57,086 nucleotides of DNA from positions 1 through 57,086 of the IMG/VR virus record IMGVR_UViG_3300034021_000250; one strand, given 5' to 3'. This document shows, piece by piece, positions 55,172-57,086 of this stretch (position 1 is the first letter of the stretch; the number at the start of each line of letters is the position of its first letter). The DNA comes from a virus. Taxonomy: Duplodnaviria; Caudoviricetes. The notes beneath the pieces are model-generated. The model had not been told where the DNA came from. It worked only from the letters and a program-made list of their open reading frames with translations, and did no database searches. The position numbers were made by a program, and so were the translations under genes.

Positions 55172-55458
55172 TGGACATTTTTGAAAAACAACCTGCAGAT
55201 GTAGTCGATATAAATATCGACCTTTCTCAGTATCTACCTTCCACAGACTCTATCGTTAATGCTGTACCAACTTTCGAAGGTACAAATGATGGAAGTCTAG
55301 TGTTAGGTACAACCGCTATCAACAACACAACCAAAGTTGTTACACAGTGGGTTTCAGGCGGTACAGACGGTAAAAGTTACCATGTTGCAGTTACTATCAC
55401 TTCGGCTGCGGGGCGAGTAAAGCAAGTGGATTTCAAAGTTAAAGTGAAGGAGGTTTAA
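55171..55458 (+). CDS. Fibre-tail adaptor-like protein
   Basis: KQPADVVD..ID...WVSGGTDG.SY.V...T..GR. Confidence 0.65.
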   Translation: MDIFEKQPADVVDINIDLSQYLPSTDSIVNAVPTFEGTNDGSLVLGTTAINNTTKVVTQWVSGGTDGKSYHVAVTITSAAGRVKQVDFKVKVKEV

Positions 55459-55459
55459 T

Positions 55460-56374
55460 ATGCCAGCATTAGTCACCAACAATGCTTCAGCGACACTAGC
55501 AACAGGTATTACGGCGGTAGCCACAACGATTACATTAGGTACTGGGCAAGGTGCTTTGTTCCCTTCCCCACTAGGCACATCAATTTTCTATGCAACACTA
55601 GTTAACTCTAGTAACCAAGCTGAAGTTGTTAAAGTAACAGCACGAGCAACGGATACGTTAACTGTGGTTCGTGGACAAGATAGCACAACAGCTCGTGCTT
55701 ATAGTACAGGCGATAAGCTTGAACTTCGTCCTACAGCTGCATTATTTAACGCCAAGCTTGACGCTGATACAGCGGCGCTTACATATGCTCCCCTAGGCGG
55801 TACTGGTGCTTCAGGTACTTGGCCTATTTCAGTGACTGGTAACGCTGCCACATCTTCTTCATGTACTGGTAACGCTGCTACATCTTCTTCATGTTCTGGT
55901 AACTCTACGACAGCAACAACCGCATCTGCGCTAAATACAGCCAATAACTACCAAGGTAACTCCTTTGGTGTTGGTACTGCAGCGTCAGGTACGGCTGGTG
56001 AAATTCGCGCAACAAACAACATTACAGCTTATTACTCAGACGAACGTCTTAAAGATGTCCTAGGCCCTATCGTAGACGCGCTAGCAGCAGTTAACACGTT
56101 AAGCGGTGTTCGATACAAGGCAAACGCTGTAGCAGGTTCTTTCGGCTATAACACAGAGCGTGTTGAAGTTGGTGTCTTAGCACAAGAAGTTGCAGCAGTT
56201 CTTCCTGAAGTAGTAGTTCCAGCTCCATTCGATATTGCTCAGGCCGATGATGGTACTGAGTTCAGTTTGAGTGGTCAGGGTTACTTAACAGTGCATTACG
56301 AGCGAATTGTTCCGCTGCTTATTGAAGCTATTAAGGAGCTGTCAGCTAAAGTTGCTGTATTGGAGAATAAATAA
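55460..56374 (+). CDS. Tail fibre with C-terminal S74 intramolecular chaperone
   Basis: NNASATLA...EVVKVT...TVVRGQD anchor; YSDERLKD...GVLAQEV..VLPE...YERIVPLLIEAIKEL. Confidence 0.88.
   Translation: MPALVTNNASATLATGITAVATTITLGTGQGALFPSPLGTSIFYATLVNSSNQAEVVKVTARATDTLTVVRGQDSTTARAYSTGDKLELRPTAALFNAKLDADTAALTYAPLGGTGASGTWPISVTGNAATSSSCTGNAATSSSCSGNSTTATTASALNTANNYQGNSFGVGTAASGTAGEIRATNNITAYYSDERLKDVLGPIVDALAAVNTLSGVRYKANAVAGSFGYNTERVEVGVLAQEVAAVLPEVVVPAPFDIAQADDGTEFSLSGQGYLTVHYERIVPLLIEAIKELSAKVAVLENK
55835..55903 (+). repeat. 30-bp in-frame tandem repeat (TGNAATSSSC x2 plus partial)
   Basis: 55835-55864 and 55865-55894 differ at one base. Confidence 0.85.
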
Positions 56375-57086
56375 TGACTCTTCCAGCTTCAGGTGCTATC
56401 TCTACAAACAATATTAACGTAGAACTCAGGTTCGCGGCAACAGCTGTAATAACGCTGAATGATGCGCCACTTCGTTCGTTAGCTGGCAAACCATCCGGGA
56501 GTATCGCACTAGGTAACTTCTACAGCTTACAGTCTAGGTTGCCTTTATCGAAAGTTATTTCAGCTAATACGAATAACTACACATTCTCACCAGCGTCTGT
56601 CGCCGGATATATTGCAGGTATTACAGACGCGACACTGACTATTGGTAGCGGCGTTGTCGTGGGGTCTGCTTCTACAGGATCGTTCGGACTAACCATTTCA
56701 GGGTGGGCAGCTGGTGACAGGGTTTACCTTGTAAATAACGGATATATCGTAGGCGCAGGTGGTAATGGTAACGGCGGTGCAGGTGGGCCAGCGCTATCAA
56801 CGTCAATTGCGACTTTCATTACAAATAACGGGACTATCGGCGGCGGCGGCGGTGCAGGTGGTGGTTCACAGGCTTATTCATATTCAGGTGGTGGACACCC
56901 TCCATCAACTGTCTATGTTGCGGCGGTAACAGGTGGTGGTGGTGCTGGCTCTGTCGCAGGTTCGCCCGGAGGCACTTTAACTGCAGGTGGCGGTGGTGGT
57001 GGTGGTGGCGGAGCATTAGGTGCAGCAGGAGGGTCTTCAACATGGGGCGGTGGAGCTGCTGGAGCAGCAACTTCCGGGAATGCGAA
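56374..57086 (+). CDS. T-even gp38-like Gly-rich adhesin (252 aa across the junction, ends at 145)
   Basis: TAATG-coupled to the fibre; MTLPASGAIS..NINVEL; LVNNGYIVGAGGNG; ITNNGTIGGGGGAGG; poly-Gly tracts; missed by the ORF track. Confidence 0.8.
   Translation, partial: MTLPASGAISTNNINVELRFAATAVITLNDAPLRSLAGKPSGSIALGNFYSLQSRLPLSKVISANTNNYTFSPASVAGYIAGITDATLTIGSGVVVGSASTGSFGLTISGWAAGDRVYLVNNGYIVGAGGNGNGGAGGPALSTSIATFITNNGTIGGGGGAGGGSQAYSYSGGGHPPSTVYVAAVTGGGGAGSVAGSPGGTLTAGGGGGGGGGALGAAGGSSTWGGGAAGAATSGNA
56988..57086 (+). repeat. Terminal direct repeat, copy 2
   Basis: Identical to 1-99. Confidence 0.95.

Noticed and set aside
55460-57086. Diversity-generating retroelement or invertible fibre cassette
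   Set aside because: No reverse transcriptase, TR/VR pair, invertase or inverted fibre segments seen

Overview
The window is a complete, circularly assembled genome of a temperate short-tailed (podovirus-like) dsDNA phage. It has about 56,987 unique bp; 1-99 duplicates 56988-57086. The + strand arm (about 43.5 kb through the junction to 17.9 kb) carries packaging, lysis, head, tail, DNA-ejection genes and a 2368-aa polyvalent protein. The - strand arm (43 kb down to 17.8 kb) carries early genes (MoxR ATPase, DUF3150, VWA), ThyX, family A DNA polymerase, nucleases, SNF2 helicase, SSB, primase-helicase, an AlpA-type excisionase and a P4-type tyrosine integrase. The attP copies the 3' half of tRNA-Arg(ACG); a betaproteobacterial host is inferred, not shown. 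Main oddities: (1) a tightly coupled cassette of two membrane desaturases, a 2OG-Fe(II) oxygenase and an acyl carrier protein inside the tail operon; (2) a 16-bp palindrome (TGTNNACATGTNNACA) overlapping sigma70-like promoters in every module, several apparently giving leaderless mRNAs; (3) nested repeat domains in the tail nozzle; (4) a PD-(D/E)XK nuclease with no canonical start codon; (5) candidate ncRNAs and a start-associated 12-mer. All product calls come from motif recognition by eye, not database searches.
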